This document shows, piece after piece, positions 37,639 to 47,158 of a stretch of DNA of 64,000 bases. The notes under the pieces are model-generated. The model had not been told where the DNA came from. It saw only the letters and a program-made list of their open reading frames with translations, and ran no database searches. The stretch is from Thermoanaerobaculia bacterium (GTDB taxonomy: Bacteria > Acidobacteriota > Thermoanaerobaculia > Multivoradales > Multivoraceae): NCBI GenBank assembly GCA_963664405.1, contig OY761158.1:6688001-6752000 (forward strand), given 5' to 3'. A program made the position numbers and the translations under genes. The first letter of the stretch is position 1. The number at the start of each line of letters is the position of its first letter.

Positions 37639-38814
37639 ATGAAGACCCTGGTATGCGATCGATTTCGTGACCACTTCAAGCGCCCTCCTGAGCTCGTTGT
37701 GCGCGCCCCTGGTCGCGTCAATCTGCTAGGCGGACACATCGACTACAACGACGGATGGGTGCTCCCAGCCGCGATCGACCGCTCTCTCTGGCTCGCGGCC
37801 GCGCCTCGTCGGGACGCAAGGCTTCACGCCTACTCGGCGACGGTCGAGGAGGGAGGCGAAGCCGCCTTGGACCCTCCGCCGCCGCCGCCGAAGATCGCTC
37901 ACCGTCCGCGAGAGCGGTGGATCGAGTATCCGACAGGAGTAGCGTGGGCCTTGAGTCAGGACGGGCACGCGCTTTGCGGCATGGACGCCATGGTTGTTAG
38001 CGAGATCCCGGTGGGGGCAGGGCTGAGCTCTTCCGCCGCTCTGGAGGTCGCCTTTCTTCTGGCCTGGCGCGAGCTCGCGGGCCTTCCTCTCGAAGGCGCG
38101 GAGATGGCTCGTCTCGGCGAGCGGGTGGAGAACGATTATCTCGACGTACATTCCGGCGTGATGGATCAGTTTGCCAGCCTCCACGGACGGCGCGAGCACG
38201 CGATCTTTCTCGACTGCCGCAACCTGGATTGGGAGCTCTTGCCGCTGCCGCCGCGAGTAGCGGTGCTGGTAGCCGACACGGGCATTCGCCGGCAGCTCGT
38301 CGGAGGCCACGTCAATGACCGGCAAGCGGAGTGCACGGAGGCCCTGAGGCGACTGCGTGAGCTTGGATGCGAGATTCGTGCGCTTCGCGATCTTCAGTCG
38401 GAGCAGCTCGAATGCCTGGCCGATAAGCTGCCAGACTCATTGGCGCGCAGAGCGCGCCACGTCGTAGAAGAATGCTCGAGAGTCTGTCGCGGAGCGCAGT
38501 CGATTCGCGAGGGAGGCGGCGGCGAGGTGCTTGGAGCGCTGATGCGAGCGTCCCATGCGAGCTCGCGAGATCTTTATCAGGTCAGTACCCCCGAGCTCGA
38601 TCTCCTGGCCGAGGCCGCGAGTGAGCTCGAAGGTTGCTTCGGGGCTCGCCTGGCCGGCGCCGGGCTTGGAGGGTGTGTCTCGGTACTGGTGGAAGAATGG
38701 GCAGCAGGGCCGGTCTCCACCGGGCTGAAGAAGGCGTTCTCCGAGCGCTTCGGCAACGAGCCCGAGATCCACCGAGTTGGGATCGGAGACGGTGCCGAGG
38801 CCTGGAATATCTGA
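37639..38814 (+). CDS. Galactokinase-family (GHMP) anomeric sugar kinase with altered sugar pocket
   Basis: APGRVNLLGGHIDYN, PVGAGLSSSAA, GVMDQF, GARLAGAGLGG. Confidence 0.88.
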   Translation: MKTLVCDRFRDHFKRPPELVVRAPGRVNLLGGHIDYNDGWVLPAAIDRSLWLAAAPRRDARLHAYSATVEEGGEAALDPPPPPPKIAHRPRERWIEYPTGVAWALSQDGHALCGMDAMVVSEIPVGAGLSSSAALEVAFLLAWRELAGLPLEGAEMARLGERVENDYLDVHSGVMDQFASLHGRREHAIFLDCRNLDWELLPLPPRVAVLVADTGIRRQLVGGHVNDRQAECTEALRRLRELGCEIRALRDLQSEQLECLADKLPDSLARRARHVVEECSRVCRGAQSIREGGGGEVLGALMRASHASSRDLYQVSTPELDLLAEAASELEGCFGARLAGAGLGGCVSVLVEEWAAGPVSTGLKKAFSERFGNEPEIHRVGIGDGAEAWNI

Positions 38815-38841
38815 GCTGCCGACCACTCTGATGTCTGGAGC

Positions 38842-40587
38842 TCAGAGCGAAGAGTCGTTCTTTTCTGAGTGTCGCGCCTGGGATTCACTGTAGGGAAAGA
38901 AGTCGATGACTTCGCCCTCTTTGTTCCTTTCTTGCATCGAGCGCCAGAACGCGATGTCGAAGAGATCTTCATGGTGGCGAAGGAAGATCTCCCGCAGCTC
39001 CTGATCGAGGCCGAGAAAACGGCCGAGCTCTTCGGGAAAAACGTCATTGTCTCGAACCGAGTACCAAGGCTCGGCCTCCATTACCTGGTCCTCGCTCCGG
39101 GGCTCTGGAAAGACTCGGAAATTGCACTCGGTGAGTGAGCAGAGCTCGTCGTAGTCGTAAAACACCACACGCCCGTGTCGGGTGCGCCCGAAGTTTTTGA
39201 GCAGCATGTCACCGGGGAAGATGCCGGCAGCCGCCAATTCCTTTACTGCGAAGCCCCAGTCGATGACCGCGTTCTCGCGCTCGGCTCCCTCGGCCCTGTC
39301 GAGGAAAAGGTCGAGAGGAGTTACTCGCCTGCCCACGTAGAGATGACGAATGACGACGGCGTCTCCGTCGATGAACACGCTCATCGAGACTTCTTCGAGA
39401 AGCTCCTCGAGGAGCTCTTCGCCAAAACGGGTGCGGGGGAACTTGAGGTGCTCGAACTCTTGGAAGTCGATCAGGCGGCCGACGCGATCGTGGACTAGGA
39501 CCTGCCGGTAACGCTCCATGATGCGACGTCGCGTAGTCTGTTTCGATGCCGGGAAAGTGTCGCGGATGACCTTGAATACGAAGTCGTAAGAAGGCAGTGT
39601 GAAAACCGACATCACCAGGCCGCGCTGTCCCGGTGCGACAATAAACCTCTCGTCCGAGCCGGCGGTGTGAGAGATCAGATCCTGATAGAACTCCGTCTTG
39701 CCGTGACGGATGTATCCGAGCGATGTATAGAGCTCGGAGACGTGCTTGCGAGGCAGAATGGAATGGAGGAAACCGATCACTTGACGCGGGCTCGCCAGAT
39801 CGGCGTGGAAGTACCAGCGCGCAAAGCTGAAAATGATCGAGACATCGCTCTCGGCATAAACGACGGCGTCGAGAGTGAGTCCATCGTCGGTGTTGAGAAT
39901 GGCCAGGACGAGAGGTAGCGACTCCGACTGGCGCCTGGCCCGACCGATGAGGTAGGCCGCCTTGTTGCGAATGAAGACCGGCCGCAGAAAGTCGAGTGCT
40001 TCGATACTCTCTTCGCCGAGCTTTTCTCGAATACCGGCCTGTACCGCTTCGCTGGCTCTGGCGGCGTCTGCTCCCAGGTCGCGGAAGGGTACCCGGAAGG
40101 CGGCGTCGTCGAGAACGCGTCGCATCACGACCGGCGTAACCTGGCGCACCGCGTACATTCGGGCGCTCGCCATCTCCCAGCCGTGGAAGGGGAGTGGAAA
40201 GTCCTGCGCCATGAAGTCGATCTGAGTATCGACTCCACTGTGTGAGAAGACCTTCCTCGTGCAGGAGTTGAAGAAGGTTTGGGCGAGCTCGAAATCATCC
40301 GATCCGAGGATCGCCAGGGCGTAGGCCTCTCGCAGCTCGGCCCAGAATTCATGCTCCGAGACCCGGTCGCCCAACTCACCGCGAAGAGCTTCGAGCGTCG
40401 CGTCGACGAAGCGAGTGTGTAGAGACATCCGGTGAACGGTGTCTCGCCGCGTACCAGGCCAGTCTCGGCCCTCGAAGCGCTCCTTGGCCCTTCGCGTGAC
40501 GGCCCTGAAGCTCTCGTGGAACTCCTCGAAACCTCGTCGGATAATGTCCGCGGCGTGGTGGGCGGCCGCCTCGTCCGACATCGGCAA
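38842..40587 (-). CDS. aceK: Isocitrate dehydrogenase kinase/phosphatase
   Basis: ELAQTFFNS, APGQRGLVMSVF, FKVIRD, HDRVGR, IFPGDMLLKNFG.TRHGRVVFYDYDE, DVFPEE. Confidence 0.95.
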   Translation of the reverse strand: MPMSDEAAAHHAADIIRRGFEEFHESFRAVTRRAKERFEGRDWPGTRRDTVHRMSLHTRFVDATLEALRGELGDRVSEHEFWAELREAYALAILGSDDFELAQTFFNSCTRKVFSHSGVDTQIDFMAQDFPLPFHGWEMASARMYAVRQVTPVVMRRVLDDAAFRVPFRDLGADAARASEAVQAGIREKLGEESIEALDFLRPVFIRNKAAYLIGRARRQSESLPLVLAILNTDDGLTLDAVVYAESDVSIIFSFARWYFHADLASPRQVIGFLHSILPRKHVSELYTSLGYIRHGKTEFYQDLISHTAGSDERFIVAPGQRGLVMSVFTLPSYDFVFKVIRDTFPASKQTTRRRIMERYRQVLVHDRVGRLIDFQEFEHLKFPRTRFGEELLEELLEEVSMSVFIDGDAVVIRHLYVGRRVTPLDLFLDRAEGAERENAVIDWGFAVKELAAAGIFPGDMLLKNFGRTRHGRVVFYDYDELCSLTECNFRVFPEPRSEDQVMEAEPWYSVRDNDVFPEELGRFLGLDQELREIFLRHHEDLFDIAFWRSMQERNKEGEVIDFFPYSESQARHSEKNDSSL

Positions 40588-40700
40588 TATCCTAGCGCAC
40601 TGCCGGGCCCCCTGGCGCGCCGATGTGAGAAGATCCGCCGGCGGTGCGGCGCGCCTCTAGATTGCCACGAAAAGAAGCACCGAACAAGGAGACCCGACCG

Positions 40701-41504
40701 ATGAGGACGCTAGTGTGCCTTAAACAGATTCTCGATCCAGACCTGCCGGCTCGAGACTTCCAGATCGACGCTGAGAGCCGAGAGGCGAAGCAGGGCTCGG
40801 CGAATTTGGTCACCAACATCTTTTGCGAGAACGCGCTGGAAACTGCATTACAGCTTCGCGATCGCGTGGGAGGTGAGATCACTGCCCTCTGCTACGGCGG
40901 CGAAAAGGCCGAAGACGTACTGCGCAAAGCGCTGGCCATGACGGCTGACAATGCCGCTCTGGTAAGCCGTGAAGGAGTGAGCAATCCTGACTCGCTAGCG
41001 GTGGCCAAGGTGCTGGCGGCGGCGATCCGCAAGCTAGGCGACTTCGACCTCATTCTTGTCGGCCGTGAATCGGGCGATTGGGGGGTCGGTCAGACCGGAG
41101 GGCTCCTCGCTGAGGAGCTCGGCATGCCGTGCCTGACTCTGGTAGACGAGATCGAGGCAGAGGGGGAGGGTCTGCGCCTGCGTCGTCAAAGTGATGTTGG
41201 TTTCGAGATCGCGGAGTGCAGCTCGCCGGTGGTTGCGACCATCACCAATCACGAGGCGAACGTTCCGCGCATACCCAAGACACGGGACGTGATGATGTCG
41301 TACCGCAAACCCTTGACCCAGTGGACACACGCTGACCTCGAGCTCGACAACGAGGTGGCCGGGGGGCGGTCCTACTACGAGGTAGTGGAGCTCTTCGTGC
41401 CGACCAAAGACATCGAATGCGAGTTTGTCGAGGGCGACGACCTGAACGAGAGAGTCGCGAGCCTTGCTGGAAAGTTGTCCGCGGTTGCTGACGCGGTGAG
41501 TTGA
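40701..41504 (+). CDS. etfB: Electron transfer flavoprotein beta subunit
   Basis: VCLKQILDP, ENALETALQL, LVGRESGD..GQTG, NVPRIP; AAGGAG RBS upstream of ATG 40701. Confidence 0.92.
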   Translation: MRTLVCLKQILDPDLPARDFQIDAESREAKQGSANLVTNIFCENALETALQLRDRVGGEITALCYGGEKAEDVLRKALAMTADNAALVSREGVSNPDSLAVAKVLAAAIRKLGDFDLILVGRESGDWGVGQTGGLLAEELGMPCLTLVDEIEAEGEGLRLRRQSDVGFEIAECSSPVVATITNHEANVPRIPKTRDVMMSYRKPLTQWTHADLELDNEVAGGRSYYEVVELFVPTKDIECEFVEGDDLNERVASLAGKLSAVADAVS

Positions 41505-41517
41505 GGAGAGCGGGAAA

Positions 41518-42480
41518 ATGAGTATAGCTATCGTTCTTTTTGGAGAGTACGGCTTCGACCGGGCGGTCGCGGGCGTGATCGGCTGTGGTCAGGCGCTGAA
41601 GGCGACTACTGGCGGGGAGATCGTCGCGGTGGTCATCGGGGCCCCGGCCGGGGAGATGACCAGCGAAGTCGCCGGGCGTGTCGACCGAGTGATCGTGGCA
41701 TCGCAGCCGGAGCTGGGGGAGTATCAGCCCGAGACGGCCATCGATGCAATGAAGCAGATTCTCGCGCCGCTGGGGGCAAGCATCGTGCTTCTCGGCAACG
41801 ATACCTACAGTCAAGAAGTGACGCCGCGGCTGGCCTCGCGTCTCGGCGGTAGCTCCCTGGCGGATGCCGTTGAGGTGAAATCTGTTAACGGCGCCGTTCA
41901 TGCCATTCGCTCGGCCTACGGCGGTAAGGCGATGGCGACCTACGAGCTCAAGCGCAGTCCGGCGGTGGTGTGGGTGCGAGCGCGTGCCCTTGCACCGGCC
42001 GAGCCTACCGGCGCCGTCGCCACGATGGAGGAGACGTCGGTGAATCTCGGTGAGGCAGCACTTCGCATTGTCGAGCGCCGCGCCGAGGTGCAGGAGGGCG
42101 TGCGTCTCGAGGATGCACAGATCATCGTTTCGGGTGGAAGGGGCCTCGGCGGCCCCGAGCCCTTCGAAATGCTGAAAGAGCTTGCGCAGGTACTCGGAGC
42201 CGAGCAGGGAGCCTCCAGAGCGGCTTGCGATGCCGGCTGGGTTCCGCCTTCGTGGCAGGTCGGCCAAACTGGCAAGAAGGTAGCGCCGGAGCTGTACCTC
42301 GCTATCGCGATCTCGGGAGCGAGTCAGCATCTTCTCGGCATGGGCGACTCCAAGGTGATCGCGGCCGTGAACACAGACGGAGATGCCCCAATCTTCAAGC
42401 ACTGCAGCTTTGGTATTGTAGAGGACTACAAGAATGTCGTTCCGCTCCTTACCGAGAAGCTCGCAGAAATGAGGAAATGA
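41518..42480 (+). CDS. etfA: Electron transfer flavoprotein alpha subunit
   Basis: IIVSGGRGLG, GASRAACDAGW, QVGQTGK, YLAIAISGASQH, AVNTDGDAPIF. Confidence 0.95.
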   Translation: MSIAIVLFGEYGFDRAVAGVIGCGQALKATTGGEIVAVVIGAPAGEMTSEVAGRVDRVIVASQPELGEYQPETAIDAMKQILAPLGASIVLLGNDTYSQEVTPRLASRLGGSSLADAVEVKSVNGAVHAIRSAYGGKAMATYELKRSPAVVWVRARALAPAEPTGAVATMEETSVNLGEAALRIVERRAEVQEGVRLEDAQIIVSGGRGLGGPEPFEMLKELAQVLGAEQGASRAACDAGWVPPSWQVGQTGKKVAPELYLAIAISGASQHLLGMGDSKVIAAVNTDGDAPIFKHCSFGIVEDYKNVVPLLTEKLAEMRK

Positions 42481-44531
42481 ACGCCGCCGAGGCCACTCGC
42501 GAAGTATTTTGGAACATCTCCCACGTCTGGGTGATGTATGCGCTTCTGGTCCCGACGGGTCTCGTAGGCGGCTTCGGGCTTTACCGAAAGTTTCGTCTGT
42601 GGAGGCTCGGCGCGCCGACGCCTCGCTTCGATCAGATTGGCCGCCGAGTGCGCTTGGTAGTCGAGCAGGCGCTGATGCAACGGCGCACCGCGAAGGTGAG
42701 CTACGCCGGTGCGTTTCATCTGATGATCTTCAGCGGCTTCATCATCCTCACGATCGCGACCATCGTGGTGATGATTCATGCTGATTTCAAGCTCGAGATC
42801 ATGCGCGGTGGGTTCTACCTGGTCTTTCAGTCGTTCATTGTCGATATTTTCGGCGGGCTGGTTCTCGTCGGCGTCGGCATGGCGGCCTGGCGACGGCTTC
42901 GCAGTCGGCCTGGGCACCTGGTCTATACCGACGAGGCGACCGGGATCCTGTTGACGATCTTCGTCATTGTACTCAGCGGTTTTCTGCTCGAGGGCTGGCG
43001 TATCGCCGCCACCGACGATCCTTGGGGGCACTGGTCACCCCTCGGCTACCTGGTGGCTGAGGGCTCAAAGGCGGTGATGAGTACTGGCTCGATCACCGTT
43101 GCTCACCTCGGCCTGTGGTGGTTCCACCTCGTGATCGTTCTCGCTTTTCTCGCCTGGGCTCCGTACACCAAGATGAGTCATGCTGTGACCGCCCCGCTCA
43201 ATATCTTCACCGCCAATCTGGGCGGCTACGGCGGGAGCCTCAAGCGGATCGACTTCGAGACTGCTGAAAGCTTCGGGGTGAACTCTCTGACCGACTTCAC
43301 CTGGAAGGATCTGCTGGATCTCGACGCTTGCACCGAGTGCGGTCGCTGCACCTCGGTCTGCCCTGCCAACGCCGTGGGGAAAGAGCTGTCGCCTCGGGAT
43401 CTCATCCTCGATCTTCGCAGCCTCCTTCACAAGAGCGAGAAGGCGCTCTTGGCCTCGGCCTCTGGAGAGGCTAAGGAGGGGGAAGATGCCGGCGCTACGG
43501 CGGTCCCCATCATCGACGAGTCGACAGCGGTGTCGTCGGAGGCTCTCTGGCAGTGCACGACCTGTGCTGCTTGCATGGAAGCCTGCCCGGTCTATATCGA
43601 GCAGATGCCCAAGATCGTCGATGCTCGGCGCTACCTGGTGATGGAGAAGGCAGAGTTTCCCGAGAGTTTGCAAAATGTGATCCTTTCCCTCGAACAACGC
43701 GGTCATCCTTTTCCGGGCACTACCTTCTCGCGAATCGACTGGGCGGAGGGTCTCGACATCCCGGTAATGGCAGATCTGGAGGACACGGCGGAGGCCGAGG
43801 TGTTGCTCTGGGCGGGCTGCGGCGGCGCCCTGGTCGAGCGTAACCAGTCTACGATCCGCGCCACCGCCCAGCTGCTCCAGAAGGCGGGGGTGAAATTTGC
43901 CATTCTGGGTCGGGAAGAGAGCTGCACCGGCGATCCGGCGCGTCGCATCGGTAATGAGTTTCTTTTTGAAATGCTCGCCAAGGGGAACGTCGAGACCTTG
44001 GACGGCTACGGCGTGAAGAAGATCGTGACTTCCTGCCCGCACTGTTTCAACACCTTTGCCAATGAGTACCCCGACCTTGGCGGAAGCTACGAAGTCCATC
44101 ACCACAGCGCTTTTCTGAAGCAGTTGGTCGACGAGGGCAAGCTCGTGCCAGAAGCGGAGGACGGGCGCACAGTCACCTTTCACGACCCCTGCTATCTCGG
44201 GCGTCACAATGGCATCTTCGATGCCCCTCGAGAGCTAGTCCAGCTCTCCAGCCGATCTCCGGCTAGGGAGATGCCGAAGAGTCGGGAAGAGAGCTTTTGC
44301 TGTGGCGGCGGTGGCGGCATGTGTTACGTCGATGAGCGGCCGGATCAGCGGGTCAACCAGGAGAGGGCTCAGCAGGCCCTCGACACCGGCGCTGATGTGG
44401 TAGCGGTCGGTTGCCCGTTCTGCACCACCATGCTCGAGGACGGGATTGCGGCTCGCAAGGGGGATCGCGAGGTCCAAGTGCTAGACGTCGCTGAACTATT
44501 GCTCGGCGCGGTCGAAAACGGCGGCGCCTAG
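42477..44531 (+). CDS. Membrane-bound Fe-S oxidoreductase (NarI-like TM + 2x[4Fe-4S] + CCG domains; FadF/HdrD-like), likely ETF partner
   Basis: N-terminal TMs with His residues; CTECGRCTSVCP and CTTCAACMEACP; CCG-domain motifs HDPCYLGR, CCGGGGG, CPFC. ATG overlaps the etfA stop. Confidence 0.88.
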   Translation: MNAAEATREVFWNISHVWVMYALLVPTGLVGGFGLYRKFRLWRLGAPTPRFDQIGRRVRLVVEQALMQRRTAKVSYAGAFHLMIFSGFIILTIATIVVMIHADFKLEIMRGGFYLVFQSFIVDIFGGLVLVGVGMAAWRRLRSRPGHLVYTDEATGILLTIFVIVLSGFLLEGWRIAATDDPWGHWSPLGYLVAEGSKAVMSTGSITVAHLGLWWFHLVIVLAFLAWAPYTKMSHAVTAPLNIFTANLGGYGGSLKRIDFETAESFGVNSLTDFTWKDLLDLDACTECGRCTSVCPANAVGKELSPRDLILDLRSLLHKSEKALLASASGEAKEGEDAGATAVPIIDESTAVSSEALWQCTTCAACMEACPVYIEQMPKIVDARRYLVMEKAEFPESLQNVILSLEQRGHPFPGTTFSRIDWAEGLDIPVMADLEDTAEAEVLLWAGCGGALVERNQSTIRATAQLLQKAGVKFAILGREESCTGDPARRIGNEFLFEMLAKGNVETLDGYGVKKIVTSCPHCFNTFANEYPDLGGSYEVHHHSAFLKQLVDEGKLVPEAEDGRTVTFHDPCYLGRHNGIFDAPRELVQLSSRSPAREMPKSREESFCCGGGGGMCYVDERPDQRVNQERAQQALDTGADVVAVGCPFCTTMLEDGIAARKGDREVQVLDVAELLLGAVENGGA

Positions 44532-44573
44532 CGCGAGCGCGATCGGTTGGGTGTCGGGCGTTTGCGCGGCCGG

Positions 44574-44624
44574 TTGACAGCTGCATGCGGGACTACTAAT
44601 CTATATATCCGGATGGACGGATTC
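44574..44624 (+). promoter_or_regulatory. sigma70 promoter with adjacent palindromic operator (candidate SahR site)
   Basis: TTGACA(44574)-N17-TAATCT(44597), followed by the palindrome ATCCG-N6-CGGAT (44607-44622) just before the ATG. Confidence 0.72.
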
Positions 44625-44625
44625 T

Positions 44626-45639
44626 ATGGATCGACCTGAAATTCTCGAGCAGGCAGCCACTCTCGCCGATGCGACGAGAAGCCGAATCCTGCTCTCGGTC
44701 GCGGCTCAGGAGCTGACGGTGTCAGAGCTCTGCCGTGTCGTTCAGTTGCCGCAGTCGACCGTCAGCCGGCACCTCAAGCAGCTTCGCGACCAGGGCTGGG
44801 TTGGATCTCGTCCGGAGGGGACCCGGCGCTTCTACTTCGGGCGTCTGCAGGACTTGCAGCCGGAGTCGAGGCGACTGTGGGGCCTGATCCGCGACGGCTT
44901 GGCCGAGACTGTTTCTGCCGCCTCCGATCGCGCCCGCCTCGAAGAAGTGCTGCGACAGAGGAGGACCCGTTCCGAGGCCTTCTTCGATCGTACGGCCGCC
45001 GATTGGGACCAGCTGCGACAGGAGCTCTTCGGAGAGCGTTGCGATCTTCTCGCTCTGCCCGCCTTCCTCGACCAAAGCGCGACGATCGGAGATCTGGGTT
45101 GTGGCACCGGCATCTTGAGCGAGATCCTAGCTCCCTTTACCGGGCGCCTGATCGCGGTCGACACCTCTGCCGGAATGCTCGAGGCAGCTCGTTCACGACT
45201 CGCTGAGCACTCCAACGTTGAAGTACGCCCGGGAAGACTGGAAGCCTTACCTATCGACGACGGAGAGCTCGACGTAGCCGCTCTCTTTCTTGCCCTCCAT
45301 CATGTTGCCGATCCCAGAAGGGTCCTCGTGGAGGCTGCTCGCGCGGTCAAGGATGGCGGCAAAGTCGTCGTAGTCGATATGCAGGTCCATGATCGTGAGG
45401 AGTATCAGCGCGATATGGGGCACGTTTGGATGGGCTTCTCCAGGGAGGCGCTCAGCGGGCTCCTCAGCTCGACCGGTTTCGACGGCATCTCTTATCGCCC
45501 CCTGCCGATCGATTTGGCGGCAAGAGGTCCCGGCCTCTTCGTTGCCTACGCGCAGCGCCGCCACGATGTGTCGCTCGCGTTCCCCTCGACCCCTGAGCAA
45601 GATCAGAAACTTCGCCATCAAGGAGACCGTTCGCCATGA
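44626..45639 (+). CDS. ArsR-family HTH + SAM-methyltransferase-fold regulator (SahR-like)
   Basis: [29 protein letters not shown] fused to a DLGCGTG domain; overlaps the ahcY start. Confidence 0.88.
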   Translation: MDRPEILEQAATLADATRSRILLSVAAQELTVSELCRVVQLPQSTVSRHLKQLRDQGWVGSRPEGTRRFYFGRLQDLQPESRRLWGLIRDGLAETVSAASDRARLEEVLRQRRTRSEAFFDRTAADWDQLRQELFGERCDLLALPAFLDQSATIGDLGCGTGILSEILAPFTGRLIAVDTSAGMLEAARSRLAEHSNVEVRPGRLEALPIDDGELDVAALFLALHHVADPRRVLVEAARAVKDGGKVVVVDMQVHDREEYQRDMGHVWMGFSREALSGLLSSTGFDGISYRPLPIDLAARGPGLFVAYAQRRHDVSLAFPSTPEQDQKLRHQGDRSP

Positions 45640-47114
45640 CGACTCAGACCCTTCCTGCCAGTGCCGAGGCCTTGCGTTTCAAAGTCGCAGACCTTTCCCT
45701 CGCCGACTTCGGCCGCAAAGAGATGTCTCTTGCCGAGCACGAGATGCCCGGACTGATGGCCCTGCGTGAGCGCTATGCCGGCCAACAACCGCTCGCCGGA
45801 GCCAGGATCACCGGAAGCCTTCACATGACGATTCAGACTGCAATCCTGATCGAGACCCTGGTTGATCTGGGAGCGAGTGTTCGCTGGGCGTCGTGCAATA
45901 TCTTCTCGACTCAGGACCACGCCGCCGCCGCAATCGCCGTTGGTCCGCCGGCGTTGGGTGGTTCTGCCGCCGACCCGCGTGGCATTCCGGTCTTCGCCTG
46001 GAAGGGCGAGACCCTTGAAGAGTACTGGTGGTGTACCGAGCAGGCGCTTGCCTGGCCTGGAGAGGATGGACCGACGCTCATCGTCGACGATGGAGGCGAC
46101 GCTACCTTGCTGATTCACAAGGGCACCGAATACGAGAAGGCAGGGGTGGTCCCGGCCTCTGACCCGGCGACGGACTCTGAGGAGTGGAGTGTTGTTCTCG
46201 AGCTCCTGCGACAGAGGCTGCCCCAGGACTCCAGCTACTGGACCCGCATGAGCGAGGTCATTCGCGGGGTCAGCGAGGAGACTACGACCGGAGTTCACCG
46301 CCTTTATCAGATGATGGAAGAAGGAAGCCTCCTCTTCCCCGCGATCAACGTCAATGACTCGGTCACCAAGAGCAAGTTCGACAACGTTTATGGCTGCCGG
46401 CACTCGCTGGTCGACGGTATCTTTCGTGCGAGCGACGTGATGCTCGGTGGCAAGGTCGCCGTGGTCTGCGGATACGGTGAGGTGGGGAAGGGTTGCGCTC
46501 AGTCGCTCCGCGGGCAAGGCTGCCGGGTCATCGTGGCCGAGATCGATCCGATCTGCGCGCTACAGGCAGCGATGGAAGGCTTCGAGGTCAAAACGGTCGA
46601 GGACGTGCTCGATCTCGCGGATCTCTACGTAACCGCCACCGGCAATCGGGACATCATCACCGCCGAGCACATGGCGGGAATGAAAGACAAGGCGATCGTC
46701 GGCAATATCGGACATTTCGACAACGAGATCGATATGGCGGGGCTGGCGTCCATCGAAGGCATCGAGCGGGTAAACATCAAGCCGCAGTACGATCAGTGGA
46801 TCTTCCCCGATGGGCACAGCGTGCTGGTTCTCGCCGAGGGCCGGCTTCTCAATCTCGGTTGCGCCACCGGGCATCCCAGCTTTGTGATGTCGACTTCTTT
46901 CACCAACCAGGTGCTGGCACAGCTCGAGCTGCATCGAGACGACGCTTCCTATGACAAAGCGGTCTACAACCTTCCCAAACACCTCGACGAAGAGGTCGCT
47001 CGGCTTCATCTCGATCACTTGGGAGTGACCCTGACGCGTCTGTCTGAAGACCAGGCCCAATATCTCGGCATCGACGTCGACGGCCCCTACAAGCGAGACT
47101 CGTATCGTTATTGA
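45636..47114 (+). CDS. ahcY: Adenosylhomocysteinase
   Basis: [54 protein letters not shown]. Confidence 0.98.
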   Translation: MTTQTLPASAEALRFKVADLSLADFGRKEMSLAEHEMPGLMALRERYAGQQPLAGARITGSLHMTIQTAILIETLVDLGASVRWASCNIFSTQDHAAAAIAVGPPALGGSAADPRGIPVFAWKGETLEEYWWCTEQALAWPGEDGPTLIVDDGGDATLLIHKGTEYEKAGVVPASDPATDSEEWSVVLELLRQRLPQDSSYWTRMSEVIRGVSEETTTGVHRLYQMMEEGSLLFPAINVNDSVTKSKFDNVYGCRHSLVDGIFRASDVMLGGKVAVVCGYGEVGKGCAQSLRGQGCRVIVAEIDPICALQAAMEGFEVKTVEDVLDLADLYVTATGNRDIITAEHMAGMKDKAIVGNIGHFDNEIDMAGLASIEGIERVNIKPQYDQWIFPDGHSVLVLAEGRLLNLGCATGHPSFVMSTSFTNQVLAQLELHRDDASYDKAVYNLPKHLDEEVARLHLDHLGVTLTRLSEDQAQYLGIDVDGPYKRDSYRY

Positions 47115-47158
47115 GGGACGCCAAGACTTTTGTCTCTTGCTATACAATCACCAAGAGG

